From the NCBI GenBank assembly GCA_013115145.1, contig JAAPAO010000007.1, forward strand, positions 1 to 64,000: 64,000 nt of DNA, given 5' to 3'. This document shows, piece after piece, positions 46,001 to 61,000 of this stretch (its first letter is position 1; every line of letters starts with the position of its first letter). Under the pieces are notes generated by a model. The model was not told where the DNA came from, made no database searches, and saw only the letters and a list, made by a program, of their open reading frames with translations. Source of the stretch: Perkinsus chesapeaki ATCC PRA-425 (lineage: Eukaryota > Protista > Perkinsozoa). The translations under genes were made by a program, and so were the position numbers.

Positions 46001-49000
46001 ACCAAGTGCGCTCAAGGATGAGCTGAGATCTGCCGCGGCCAACGCTGAAAGCGTCGACCCGATTGTCGTAGACCCTGTAAGGCTGACAGTGCTCCCCAGT
46101 CTGGCGAAGCTACGCAGAGACATAGAGCTACCAAATTCAACGCGATCCTGTACCGATAGAACGCCACCGAGTCGCGTGAATGCACGGACTGACAAAGCCG
46201 AGCCAATGTTGGTGAAAGAGACAGCTGAAATAGAGGCTCCGCACTTGAGGAAGCTCTCAGCCGAGATAGAACCACCCAGCCGCATATAATTGCGCATTGA
46301 GATGGAGCTCCCAAGAATAGCAAAGTCTATAACACTCAGCTTGCTACCCAACCTAGCCAAAGACCGCAGGGAGAGCGAGGAAGCCAAGTGGGTTGAAGAC
46401 ACCACGGAGAGCGTAGCGCCGTAGACACCAGAGCCAACAGCAGACATCGACGATCCCAGGCGAGCAAAGCTCCTCAGTGAGAGGCTGCTCCCTACAGTGA
46501 ACGAATCGAGAATACTCATCTGCGACATAGACCCCACTCTGCATAGACCAAACACGCTCAAGCTGCTACCCAGCCTCGCGGCGCCGCGCAGAGATAATGA
46601 GCTTGCAAAGTAAGCTACTTCCAACACTGAGAGTTTACTGCCTAACCGAGCAAACGATCGAAGCGATAAGCTTGAGCCGAAGGCTGTACTTCCGAGGGCA
46701 GAGACAGATGCACCAAGTCTGGTATGCCCCAGAGCAGACGCTGCAGAGCCTACCTGCGCTCCGCCAGTGACAGATATGCTGCTACCCAAACGGGCGAAGC
46801 TGCGCATTGACACGGAGCTGCTTAACTGGGCGAAGTCTAGAGCGCTGACGTAAGATCCGAGACGGGTGAATGACCGCAGGGATAATGTTGAGCCGAACAC
46901 CACAGAATCAAGCACCGATAAAGTGCTCGATGCCCTAGTAATTCCGATCACCGAGAAGTCACCAGAGACTCGGGCAGTTGATGAGGTTGACAGGGCACTG
47001 CCCAGCCTAGCAAAGCCTCGTAAGGAGAGCGATGAGCTAAGGGTAGAAGAGGCAATGACGGAAAGCTTGTACACAGAACCGACACGAGTTAGGCCGAGCA
47101 CCGAAGCGCCACTGCCTAGCCTTGCGAAGGAGCGAAGCGATAAAGAACTCCCCAAAGTAGTCATATCCACAGCACTGAGTTTGCTTCCCAACCGACTGAA
47201 GCTCCTTAGCGACAAACTGCTACCGATGCGGAATGCTCCAAGTACAGAAGTAGCATCACCAACTCTTAGCGACGATAATGCAGACATCGCAGAACCGACA
47301 TGTGCTGTTCCCGATATCGAGAGGCCGCTTCCTATTCGAGCGAAGGAACGAACAGAAATGGAGCTGCCAAGATCTGTATAGTCGAGGATGCTGCATCGCG
47401 ATGATAGCCTACCGAATGACCGGATAGATATCGTGGAGCCGCATCGCATCGCGTCGAGAACAGACAGACTTCCATGGAGCTTGGTAGACCCCAAGATGGA
47501 CATACTGCTTCCAAGACGAGCAAACGATCGGAGAGAGAGTGAAGAGGCGAGGCTAGTACTTGCGATTGTAGAAAGCTGATAGCACGAGCCAATACGAGAA
47601 AGTCCGGCAACCGATAGACCACTGCCAAGACGAGCTGCACCTCGGAGTGAAAGCGAACTGCTGAGAGCAGCATAATCGAGGACACTCAAGCTCCCGCTAA
47701 GCCGAGCGAATGAGCGCAATGATAAAGATGATCCAAGCGACGTTTGTGACACGGCTGATATAGTGCTACCGAAGGTAGATGCTCCAAAGAGGGACATGGA
47801 GCTTCCAAACCGTGCATAAGACCGCAATGACACTGTGCTGCCTAACGTGAGGCTGTCGAAACATGAAAGACTTTGGAAGGAACCGCATCTTAGTAGGCCG
47901 TGAACAGATAACCCACTTCCAATGCGAGTGGCTGCTCTAACCGATAAAGAGCTTCCCAGAACCAGGAAGTCTAGTACCGAGACGTGACCGCCAATCCTAC
48001 CGAAGCTTCGTACGGACAACGAGGAGCCAAGCGAACACCAATTGATAGTGGAAACCGAGCTAGCTAAGCGAGCGCTCGATCGAAGAGAGAGTGAGCTACC
48101 AAGAGCAACATAATCCAAGACGGTAAGCTTACTACCAAGCCTAGCAAACGACCTTAGAGAGAGCGACGATGCCAGTGTGTTAGACGCTATCACAGATAAC
48201 TTGTATGCAGACCCAACCCTCACGAGGCCGAGGACCGATACACCACTGCCGATTCTTGCATAGTTCCGCAGCGACAGCGACGAACCGAAGTTCACGGCTG
48301 ATATAACGGAAGAGGTATAGGCAGAACCCGCGCGGATAAGGCCTAGTATGCTCGCGCCACTCCCCAGCCTGGTGAATGACCGGATTGAAAGTGAACTACC
48401 GAAAGCTGCCTGTCCGAGGGTCGAAAGAGCAGATGCTAGACGGGCTGTACGCTTCAATGACAGGCTAGATCCAAAGCTTGCTGCTTCTAGTACCGAGAGA
48501 CTCCCAGCTACACGCGCGCCGAGGGCTGCCGAGATAGAACTACCCAGTCTAGTGAAGGACCTCAGCGAGAGTGAAGACCCGATACCAGTCTGTGAAATAA
48601 CAGACAAGGACGACCCGGCAGATGTCACACCAAGAATGGAAAGATAGCTTCCCAGCCTCGCCAACGATCTCAGAGATAACGAGCTACCTAAGCTAGTATA
48701 CTCTAGAACACTCACTCGGCTGCCAACACGAGCGAAGCTCCGTATAGATAGGGTAGAGCCGAAGTTCGAAGCTCCAACAGCGCTAAGAGTTGCCGCCGCA
48801 CGCGCGCTTCCTAGAACGCTGACTCCCGAGCCCAGGCGAGCAAAAGCTCTGAGTGATAAGCTCGAGGCAAAGCAGCTCTGACCGATTACAGAGAGCTTAT
48901 AGACAGATCCAAGTCTAGCCAAGCCCGTGACACTAAGACCACTTCCTAGCCGAGCGAAAGCTCGGAGAGAGAGTGCCGAACTTAAGCACGTAAAGTCTAC

Positions 49001-52000
49001 TGTTGAAGCACTGCTACCCAGTCTTGCGAACGAGCGCAGTGAGATGGAAGAACCGAACGTAGCCGCATCGACACAGGACACCTTACTGCCCAGTCGAGCA
49101 AAGGAGCGTAAGGAGAGAGAAGAACCAAACGCGCTGGCGCCTACCAGCGATATAGAGCTTGCCAACCTCATCGCGGCTGATGTAGATAGCGAGGAACCCA
49201 AGCGAGCAGCGCTCCTTATGGACAATGAGCTACCGAAGGAGACAGTGTCCATGACACTTAAGCGGCTTCCGAGACTCGCCAGTGATCGAACCGAGAACGA
49301 AGACCCTAAGCACGTAGCGTCCAGCACCGAAAGAGCGCTAGAGAAGTGGACCTCATTCTGGATGGAAAGAGTTGAACCGCCAGAAAGGGCTGATCCGGCT
49401 ACACTGAAGGCGCTACCAAAGCGGACAAAGCTTCGGACACTCAGGCTGCTGGACATACAGACGAAGTCCATAACTGATAGCTTGCTACCGAGTCTAGAGA
49501 AGCTGCGGAGTGACAGTGACGAGCCGAAGCGAGTCGAGTCGAGGACAGACACTGTACTACCCAGACTGGCTCGAGCGGTGGCTGATAACGAGGACCCCAG
49601 CCGCACCATACCACGCAGTGAAAGGCTACTAGAAATGGTAGCGAAGTCGCAGACGGTCATACACGAACCCAACCGACCGAAGGATCGGATCGAAAGTGAG
49701 GAGCCGAAATGAGCATTGCCAAGCGTAGATAGGGTGTCACCGAAAGTGGAATCAGCACTTACTGATAGTGAGCTTCCTAGTCTTGCAAAGGACCTGAGAG
49801 ATAAGCTGCTTCCAAGCTCTGTGTAGTCAACCACCGAAATAGCTGAGATTGAGCCAAAGCGGAAGAGACCCACGATAGACAGACTACTGCCTGCTCGAAC
49901 AGCAGAACGGATCGACATGGTGGACCCGAAGTTGACGTAATCGATCACACTCAGTTTACTACCGAGTCTGGCGAACGACCGAAGAGAAAGCGAGCTTGCC
50001 AGTGTAGTGTGTGAAAGCGCAGTCAAAGAGGCACCCAATTTACAGGCGCCTAAGGATGATACCGAGTCTTTCACTCTGGCAACTCCCAGGATCGAAATAC
50101 TGCTGCCAAGGCGAGCAGCACCACGTAGGGAGAGGCTGCTACCGATGCATGTAGAATCAAGGACACTGATTCGACCGGAAAGACGAGAGAACGATCTCAA
50201 TGAGAGTGAAGAGCCAAATGCTAGAGCTTCCAATATCGATACCTTCCCAGAGATCGAGCTGCCTAGAGCAACGCTGAGTGAGCTTCCCAAACGTGCGGCT
50301 GTTCTGAGCGAGAGCGAGCTACCCAGATTGGTGTAATCAAGGGCTGTCAATTTGCTACCCAACCGCGCCAAAGATCGCAGTGATAGAGATGATCCGAAGT
50401 TAGCGAAGCACACAACCGAGATAGAATCTGATAACCGACAGCCACCTAGTAACGACGCCGTTGAACCAAGTCTGGCGAAAGATCGAACTGATAGAGCCGA
50501 ACCGAGAGAAGTCAGCGAGACGGTCGACAGCTTATAGACAGAGCCCACTCTTGTGATACCGGCTACAGAAAGACCGCTTCCGAGACGAGCCGCGCCTCTC
50601 AAAGAAAGGGTGCTGCCAAGGTGGATAAAGTCCAGCACTGAAGCAAACTTACCGACCTTGGCGAAATTACTTATAGAAAGAGAAGATCCAAGGTTGGCTA
50701 GGTCTACAATGCTTGTAGCCCCGCCAATGCGTGCGAAGGATCTTAGCGACAAGGAGGATCCGAAGTTGACTTGACTGCATACCGAAACAGCACTGCTGAA
50801 CGTACCAGTGCCGATGGCCGACACGGAGCCGCTCAATCGGGCAAACGACCTTAGTGATAGAGAGCTACCGAATGCCACACCTCCAAGAACACTAGTTTGG
50901 CTAGCTAGTCTGGCGAAAGACCGGAGAGAGAGGGATGAGCCGAGGCTTGCAAATTCGACTACACTGCAGCTGCCTCCAAACCTCCCATAGCTTAGTGCGG
51001 AGAGAGTCGAGCCAATGCGTACTCGTTCAGCAACGGAAACATCATCAGATAACCGGGCAAAGCTGCGAATGCTCAGAGAAGACCCGATGTTCATGTAGTT
51101 GAGCAGCGATGCCCTCGAGCCAAGACGTGCGAACGAGCGGAGGGATATGCTAGATGCAAATCCGGCGGCATCCAATACAGATAGGACCGATCCAGCTCGA
51201 GCCGCGCCGAGAATAGACATTTGAGAGCCCAGTGTCGCAGCTCCGATAACCGAAGCCGAGCTTCCAAGACGGCAGAAACTTCTTAGCGATAAGCTGCTGG
51301 CAAAGGTGGTTCCGGCTACCACCGATAGTTTATACAGTGACCCGATGCGCGCGAGACCAGTGACAGAAACCGAGCTACCGAGTCGAGCGAAACCTCTAAG
51401 AGAAAGGCTGCTTGCTAAGACGGCGGCGTCAAGAGCGGTCAGCGAGCTCCCAAGCCTTGAGAAGGATCTTAACGACAGTGATGAGCCGAAATGGCCACAC
51501 CCAGCAACGCTCAAGGAATCACTGAGTCTGCTAGCCGCCAGGATGGATAGGTCAGCAGAAGCTCGTACTGTCGAGGCAACACTTACGGTACTGCCGAGTC
51601 TGGCGAAAGACCTCAATGAAAGCGACGAGGCGAACTGTGCACCGGAGATCACCGAAAGTGCATACAACGATCCAGCTCTAACCAAGCCAGTAGCCGACAG
51701 CCCACTACCGAGACGTGCGAAGCTTCTAAGCGAAAGAGAGCTTCCCAGCCCACTGGTGTCGAGGACACTTAGGCCACTGCCCAATCTCGTTGCTGCCAAA
51801 GACGATACCATAGAGCCACATTCAACAGCACTGAAGATGCTCACAGATGAGCCTAGGCGAGTGAAGCTCCGAAGAGAGAGTGAGCTGGCTAGGGTCACCG
51901 CATCCAGTGAAGATACCTTACTTCCAAGCCTTGAGAAGGAGCGAAGAGATAGTGATGATCCGAACGCTACCGAGTCGGCAACGGAGAGAGAACCGGTAAG

Positions 52001-55000
52001 ACGGCTGGTCGCCAGAACGGAAGCTCCAGAACCTAGCCTTGCGAAACTTCTAAGTGATAGAGACGAGGCAAAGCTAGACGAGTCCAGAGCTGAGAGGGCA
52101 CCAGAGAATTTACTGAATCCAAGGGCAGACACGGTGTCGCCGGTAGTGATACTTGACCTCACGCTTAGAGCAGAGCCGAGACGCGATGCACTTCGAAGAG
52201 ACAACGAGCTGCTTAGAAGGACAGAGTCAAATGACGACGTCAGTCCTCCAAGTCTGGCGAATGAACGAAGGGAGAGCGATGAGCCGAAAGCTGAAGATCC
52301 CAAAATTGAGACCCTGTCGCCGAGAGTGGCCGCAGAGTATACCGACATCACGCTGCCAATACGGGAGAACCCTCTCAATGACAGCGAAGAGCCTAAAGCG
52401 CTCATTCCCAAGGCAGACAATGAAGACCCCCAAAGAGATGATCCATAGGCCGACACTGCGCTGCCAAACCGTGCAGTGACACGGATCGATATGGAACTAC
52501 CGAGAGCAACACAGTCGAGTATAGACGCCTTGCCTGAAAGTCTTGCAAATGATCGGAGCGATAGGGTAGAACCGAACTCAGTCTGGGCAAGGACCGACAA
52601 AGAGTCGCCGAAGGATGCTGATCCTAGAACAGAAATCGAAGAAGCACCGACGGTAGATCCTGTTACAGATAGAGAACTGCCGAGCCTGGCAAAGGACCTC
52701 AGCGACAAGCCAGAAGCAAGATTGCAGGTGTCTAGCAGCGAAATACCGTACACAGAACCGAACCTTGCTAATCCCGTTACAGACAGGGAGCTCCCAAGGC
52801 GAGCAACACCCCGCAAGCTTAGCGATGAAGCGAGTGCAGCTGCATCCATCACACTCAGCTTGCTGCCCATACGAGCGAACGACCTCAAGGATAGAGAAGA
52901 CCCGAAGTGGGTGTGGCTCAAGACCGTTACGGCTCCGCTTACTGCCGCTTGAGAAAGGATCGATACTGAGCTGCCTAAGCGCACCAATGCCCGAACGGAA
53001 AGGCTAGATCCAAGACTCGCGAAGTCAGTCATGCTTAGCTTACTGCCCAGACGTGAGAATGATCTAAGCGAGAGCGAAGAACCAAAGGATGTACAATCGG
53101 CTACAGAGCATGACGAAGCCATGCGGGCCAGACCGAGGGCTGACAGCGAACCCATGACTCGAGCATCAGACTTCACCGAAATTCCGCTGCCGAGTCGGGC
53201 TATTGTACGGAGAGACAAGCTACTGCCTAACGACACGTAGTCGAGCACAGACAATGTGCCAGAGAGCCTTGCAAATGACCGCAGGGAGAGAGATGAGCCA
53301 AACGACACCTGCTCGAGAACAGACTGTTGGCCACCGATGCGCGCTAGGTTACGAATAGAGAGGGACGAGCCGACGTTAGCGAACGACGCCACAGATATCG
53401 ATGACGCTGCTCTAGCCATACCCAAGATAGACATGGAACTTCCGAGCCTGGCCATGCACCGCAATGACAGGGAACTAGCGAAGGAAACCGACTCGGTCAC
53501 TGAGAGCTTACTTCCGAACCGAGCAAATGACCGAAGTGATAACGAGGAACCTACCTCTGATGTACCGACAACAGAGCAGGCTGATCCCAAGCTTGCGGCT
53601 CCATAGGTAGACAAGGAAGATCCGAGCCGAGCGAAGCTTCGCAAGGAAAGAGAACTGGCGAAGTTCGTAGCAGCCAAGACAGAGATTCTATATAGCGATG
53701 CGAGCCTTGTGAGACCAGCAACTGATAGACCGCTTCCAAGCCTTGCTGCACCGCGGAGAGATAGTTGGCTGCCGAGGAGGACGTAATCAACAGTAGACAG
53801 AGAGCTGCCACAGCGAGTGAAGCTACGAACGGAACAGCAAGAGCCTAGACTACTGAAGTCTAGCGCTGATATATGCCCACCGATTCGGGTTCGGTCCAGT
53901 ATCGAGACGGACGACCCAATCCTACAGCGCCCAAGGACGGATGTGTAGGAGCCCACGCGAGCAGCACATCTCAAACTAAGGGACGAGCCAAGATTGGCAT
54001 AGTCCAGAGCAGTGAGCTTCGAACCAAGGCGGGCAAAGGATCTTAGCGACAAGGTGGAACCAAACTCAGCCGCTTCAAGTGCAGAGACAGCCGAAGCCAA
54101 CCTTGTGGCGCCTAATATCGAGAGGTCGGAGCCTAGTCTTGCGGAGCCTCGAAGAGACAAGCTGCTGCCAAAGTGCACATAGTCTAGAACACTCGCCTTG
54201 CTCGAAAGACGAGCAAAGCTTCTCAACGATAATGAGCTGCCCAATGCGAAGCTGTCTAGCAGCGAGCACGAGCTGCCCAGTCTAGCGCTGCTCATGAGCG
54301 AAGCTGACGAGCCTAACCGTGTTACCGCTCTCAATGACAGAGACGATCCGAGAGATGTCGAGTCGATGACACTAAGGTGATAGACAGAACCAACTCGAGC
54401 CAAGCCTAGGATCGATACACCACTTCCACAGCGAATGAAGTTTCTGACGGAGAGAGCGCTGCCAATCTGTATGAAGTCTAGGACAGATGCCTTACTGCCG
54501 AACCGACCGAAGGATCGTACTGACAAGGAGGAGCTGAAGTGGGCGAAGCTGAGGGCCGAGATGGAGGCTCCTAGCCTGGCGAGCTCCTGGATTGAGCACG
54601 CGCTACCTATAACACCTCCACCAACCGTTGAGATACTGCTACCAAGACGAGCAAAGTTGCGCAAGGAGAGAGAACTACCGAAAGCAGCAGCGTCAAGAAC
54701 AGACACTTTGCCGCAAATACGAGCAAAGCTCCTCAGTGATAGGGTACTACCGAATTCGGCCTTACCAAGAACCGTGAGTGCGTCGCCGAACTTCGCTACC
54801 GAAATGACTGACAATCCGGAGCTGACCCTTACCGTTTCCTTGATAGATATGGCGCTTCCTAACCTAGCGAAGGATCGTAGACTGAGGGAACTCGCTAGTG
54901 CCGCTTGATCCGTCAGCGACACTTTGCTTCCGAGTCTTGAGAAGGACCGCAGTGAGAGGGAAGAGCCGAACGAAGTCGAACCGAATGCGGACAAGACATC

Positions 55001-58000
55001 ACCGAATCTGGCGAAGCTCTGGGAAGAGACGGAGCTGCCGAAGTGTGCAGGAGCGACCACAGAGATACCGCTGCCAAGCCGAGCAAAGCTGTGCAAAGAC
55101 AACGACGACCCAAGATGAGTGTAACCCACAACCGAAAGCTCGAGAATAGAGCCGAACCGTAGGACGCCTGTGACACTCATTGCGGAGCCTATCCGGGCAA
55201 CAGCTCGAACACTCAAAGTAGAACCTAGTTGCACGTAGTCCATGACGCTTATATATGAGCCCATTCTTCCGAATGACCGCAATGATAGAGAGGAGCCGAG
55301 ATAGACTTCCTGTACTGTCGATACCATCTCTCCGATACGAGCTGTTGAGAAAACGCTGAGCGAGCTACCAAGCCGAGAGAAGGAGCGCATCGATAGAGTA
55401 GAGCCCAGATGAGCGAAGTCAAGGACTGTTGTTCGACTGCCGAGACGAGCAAAGCTCCGTAGAGACAGAGAGCTGCTAAAGGTGGCACGCTGAAGAACCG
55501 ATACACAGGAGCCAGCTCGCGCGAAGCTTCGCAGGGAGAGTGAGCTACCGAAGTGCGCAGTGTCGACGATGCTCACAGAAGCGCCGAGGCGAACAGTGCT
55601 TACTGCTGATAGACCGCTACCAAGGCGGAGAGCAGTCCTCAGGGACAGCGATGAGCCCAACTGCACGTAGTCGATGATGGAAGCCGCGGAACCAAGCAAG
55701 GCGAACGACCGAATAGAAAGCGAAGATCCGAGTTGTGTGGCGTCCACAACCGATAGTGTTGAGGCAAATCTCACACCATTAGTAACGGAGAGAGCGCCCT
55801 TGATCTTAGTCACCCCAACCACAGACACGCTGCTGCCAAACCTGGCCATAGCGCGGAGAGACATGGATGAGCCGATAACAGTGTAGTCCAGGAAGGATGC
55901 CGCGCCGGAAAGTCTCGAGAAAGACCGAATAGAGATGGAGCTGCCGAATGTGGCCGATGCAATGACAGACACTTTATAGACAGAACCTATGCGGGCCAGT
56001 CCAGTAACCGAGAGGCCTGAGCCAAGACGGGCCATAGCGCGAAGGGACAAGGAAGAGCCGAGTCCAGTGCATCCGAGAGTGGATAGAGCATCAGCCAAAT
56101 GGGTTTGTCCTACCACAGAGCAAGAGCTGCCCAGTCTTGTGAAGGATCGGAGCGACAAAGAGCTGCTGAAAGCAACACTATCAGACACAGAAAGGACACC
56201 GCCCAGTCTCGAGAAAGAACGGAGTGATAGAGATGAGCCAAAGTTCGCTGCACCCAGGGCCGACACCGCATCACCGAGGCGCAGTTGGCCAATGACGGAC
56301 GCCGTTGAAGAGAGCCGCGCTACACTTGCCACTGATATCCCGCTACCCAGGCGAGCCATGGACCTCACCGAAAGCGAGCTGCTGAAGGTGGTAGAGTCTA
56401 TCACAGAGAGCTTATACACCGAACCTACTCTAGCGAGGCCTGTAACCGAGAGGCCTGAGCCAAGCCGAGCTACACTTCTCAGTGACAACGAGCTACTAAT
56501 AAGCACGAAGTCTAACACAGACTGTGAGCTTCCGAGCCTCGCGAAGGACCGGAGTGACAAGGAGGAGCCGAAAGTAGCGAAGCTTGTGACAGAGGTCTTG
56601 CTGCCCATCCGGGAGAACGCTCGCAGCGACAGACTGCTGCCGAGGTTCACATAGTCCAGGATAGAACTCTTCGACCCGAGCCTTGCGAAAGAGCGTAGGG
56701 AAAGAGAGCTACCGAAGTGAGCTGCACCAACAACAGAGACTGCGGCACCGACATTCGCTGAGGCCAACGATGAGACAGCGCTGCCGAGTCGAGCTGTACT
56801 TCGAAGGGACAATGAACTACCGAGCGTAGTGAAATCGAGGATAGTAGCTTTACTGCCAAGTCTCGCAAAGCTGCGGAGTGACAGCGAAGATCCCACAGTG
56901 GTCGCGCTGATGGCAGATAAGCTGGAGCCAATGCTAGCAGCCCCGTACGCAGATACCGAGGATCCCAGCCGCAGGAAAGTCCGAAGGGACAGTGAGCTAG
57001 CAAGCGTCGTGTAGTCGGTAGCGGACACCTTGCTGCCTAGTCTAACGAATGACCGTAAAGATAGCGATGATCCGAACAGGCAAGCTCCGACTGTGCTGAC
57101 CAGCGAGCCACACGAAGCTGTGGCAAAAGCAGAGACTGATGACCCGAGACGAGTGAAGGCTCGTAGGGACAGACCTGACCCGAAACTGACGGAGTCTAGA
57201 GCCGACAAAGATTCTCCAACCCTAGCCAAGCCAAGTACTGAAGCAGAGCTACCGCCTCTCGCCACACCACGCAATGAAAGCGAGCTTCCCAAGGTTGTGT
57301 AGTCCAAGATCGACAGCTTCGAACCCAAACGAGCAAAGCTTCGAAGAGAAAGGGACGAGCCGAATTGAACAAGTCCAAGCACCGACTGAGCAGAACCAAG
57401 CCTTGCGTAGGACAAGGTAGACAAAGAGTCTGATAGTACTGTCTGTGAGACAACCGATATACTGCTGCCTAGCCTGGCACAAGCTCTCAATGAGAGCGAT
57501 GAGGCCAGTGCAACGTTGTCAATAACGGAGAGCTTGTAACAGGATCCCACCCTCAGCAATCCTAATACGGAGGCGCCACTGCCCAATCGAGAAACGGATC
57601 GGAGTGAGAGAGAGCTGCCCAGTTCAGCTTCGCTGAGCACGCTGAGCTTCGAGCCAAGTCTGGCGAAAGATCTGACCGATAGAGAGGAGCCGAAATGTGC
57701 CGCATCGAGAGCTGTCAGCGATTTGCAGTAAGTTCGACCGAGAACAGAAAGTGATGATGATGCTGTAACTGGACCGACAACACTGATTGAGCTACCAAGG
57801 CGGGCAAAGCTCCTCAGCGAGAGGGCACTACCGAGGTTTACCCCATCGAGGACAGATAGCCTTCCAGCAATCCTTTGGCTTGAACGGAGAGACAAAGTGC
57901 TAGCAAAGTTGACATAGTCTACAATGCTGAGCCTGCTGCCAAACCTAGCGAAGCTTCTCAGAGATAGGGAGCTACCAAAGCTGGACTGTCCGAGTACAGA

Positions 58001-61000
58001 AACTCGGGATCCCACTACGGCCGCTGTCAGAGATGAAATTGAACTACCAAGTCTTGCCAAGCCACGAAGCGAAAGGGAGCTGGCCAGAGCGACCTCAGAT
58101 AGCACAGATGTCTTGCTTCCGCAACGGGCAAAAGAACGCAGAGATAACGACGAGGCCAGTGCCGAGCTAGCAATGACGGACAGCTTGTAGCACGAGCCGC
58201 ACCGCACCAACCCGGTAACAGAGAGACCACTTCCGAGCCTAGCAACATTGCGCAGCGACAAAGAGCTGCCGAGGTGGCTGAAGTCAAGAATAGAGCTCGA
58301 GGAGCCCAGTCTGGCAAACGACCTCAATGACAGTGATGATCCGAAATCAACGACGTCAAGGACCGACAGAGCAGATCCGAAGGTTGAAGAGCCTAGTACG
58401 GACATGCTTGAGCCGCTACGGACGAATGTTCGCACAGAAAGGGAACTGCCCAGTTGGGTAAAGTCCACCACTGACAGCTTCGAGCCAAGCCGAGCGAAGC
58501 TGCGCAGTGAGAGCGACGATCCGAAATCAGCTTGTCCCAGCACCGATATCGAGCTGCTTGCTGTAAGACCTCCCAAAATGGAGATGGCGCTGCCGAAGCG
58601 GGCGAAACCTCGTAATGAGATAGAACTTCCAACGGTGACGTAACCCAGCACCGATATCTTATACACGGAGCCCAAGCGCTGTAAGCCAGCAACAGATAAG
58701 CTGCTACCGAACCGGACAGCAGCTCTCACAGAAAGACTCGACCCAAAGGTAGCATAGTCTAGAACCGACAACTTGCTGCTGCATCGAGCGAAGGAGCGCA
58801 GGGAAAGCGAAGAGCCAAAGTTGGCAAAGCTTAGGGCAGATACCGAAGCGCCTAGCCTAGCCAATCCGAGGGCACTCGCTTGGCTACCGATTCTAACGCA
58901 TTCGGCAACCGAGGCCCTACTGCTGAGCCTGGCAAAGCTGCGGAGGCTCAATGAGCTGCCTATATCGACTGCATCTAGTATGCTGGCCTTACTGCCAAGC
59001 CTTGCGAAAGAGCGCAACGATAAAGACGAGCCATAGTGTAGGGCGCCTAATACAGATAGTCGATCACCAAAGTCTGCGAGCCCCAGAGAACTCATGCTCC
59101 CGGCGAGCTTAAACTCAGATGTCACGGAGAGTACACTACCAAGGCGAGCAAATGAGCGCATCGAAAGAGAGCTGCCGAAGTTGACACTGTCTAGGATACT
59201 GACATCTCCTGCGATTCGGGCAAAGGCGCGTAGAGACAACGAGGATGCGAGGCCAGTAGAAGCAATCACCGACAAGCTGTATACTGATCCGATGCGAGCG
59301 AGGCCCGTGACAGATAAGCCACTACCAAATCGACCAACGCTCCTGAGTGACAAGCTGCTGCCAAGAGCCACCTCGCTGAATACAGAAAGCTTGCTGCCTA
59401 GACGGCCGAGGGAGCGGAGAGATAGAGAGCTGCCGAAGCTGCTAGCGCCCAGCACTGTACAGCTGCTCCCGACGTTGATCGCACATAAAGCGGAGCACGC
59501 CGATCCTAGTCTAGAATATGCTCGTATGGAAATAGAACTGCCGAGAGAGCTGTAGTCCAAGGTGCTCATTTTGCTGCTGAAACGAGCAAACGACCTCACC
59601 GAAAGAGACGAACCAAGACTCACGGAGTCCAGTGACGACAGAGTATCATGCAGGTGCGTGCGACCATATACCGAAACCGTGCTGCCCAGCCTGGCAAATG
59701 AACGAAGAGACAGCCCGCTGGCGAACGAGGCTCCGGCGATTACTGATAGCTGGTAAACTGAGCCGACCCGAGCTAGACTAGCGACAGAGATGCCAGAACC
59801 AAGTCGAGCCATTCCACGAATTGAGAGAGTGCTACCCAGAGTCACTGCATCAAAGCTGCTGAGCTTACCGCCAAAGCGACCGAAAGAGCGCAGTGACAAG
59901 GACGATCCAAAGTGTGCCTGGCCAACTGTTGATAGGCTTGAGCCGAAGTTACCATGGCCAAGCATGCTAACCGAACTGCCCATCAAAGCGGAGCTCGTGA
60001 CAGAAATGGTGCTGCCTAATCTGGAGAATGCTCGTAATGTTAGAGAGCTTCCAAATGATGCTCCAGCAATAACCGATAGTTTATACACCGAACCTACGCG
60101 AGCCAAGCCAACTGCGGATATGCCGCTACCCAATCGAGCAAAGGTCCGGAGCGATAGACTGGACCCGAGGCTAGCGGCATCAAGGAGCGTCATCTTGCTC
60201 GCAAGACGAGCGAACGACCTGAGCGAGAGGGACGAACCGAAGCCGGCTGATCCAATAACAGAGAGCTGCGACCCGACCTGACAGCCGCCAGTAGCAGATA
60301 TGGCGCTGCCGATACGGATGAGAGATCTGACTGACAGCGAGCTGCCGAAGGCAACATAATCACAGACAGACGCAGCTGCACCCATTCTCGCAAAGGATCG
60401 CAGCGAGATCGAGGAGCCGAATATAGCATAGTCTAGGACGGAGCACTTGGAACCTGCTCGAGCGAAAGACCTCAGGGACAAGGAGCTACCAAGGGCAGTG
60501 CTGCCGATAACCGAGATTACTCCGCCCACACCAGCACGACCGACCGCGGAGATACTGCTGCCCAATCGAGCAACGTTGCGAAGAGAGAGTGAGCTACCAA
60601 GAGTAACGTAGTCGAGAATCGACGCGTCCGAGCCACACCTTGCGAACGACCGAAGTGATAGCGAGGAACCCATACTAGTTGCTGCAATAATAGATAGCTT
60701 ATACACAGACCCAACTCGAGCAATGCCGAAGACCGAGCAACCGCTACCTAATCGACTTGCTCCGCGAAGGGATAACGTGCTGCCCAAGACTGCATAGTCT
60801 AGGACGCTGTACTTGCTACCCAGCCGGGCAAAGGACCTCAAAGATAGCGAGGAGCCGAATGAAGTAACTCCGACTGCACTGAGTGAGCTACCGACCCGTG
60901 TAGATCCATATATAGATGCAGAGCTTCCAAACCTTGAGACTGCCCTCAAGGATAGCGAACTCCCGAGGTTGATATAGTCTAGAACAGTCAGCTTGCTACC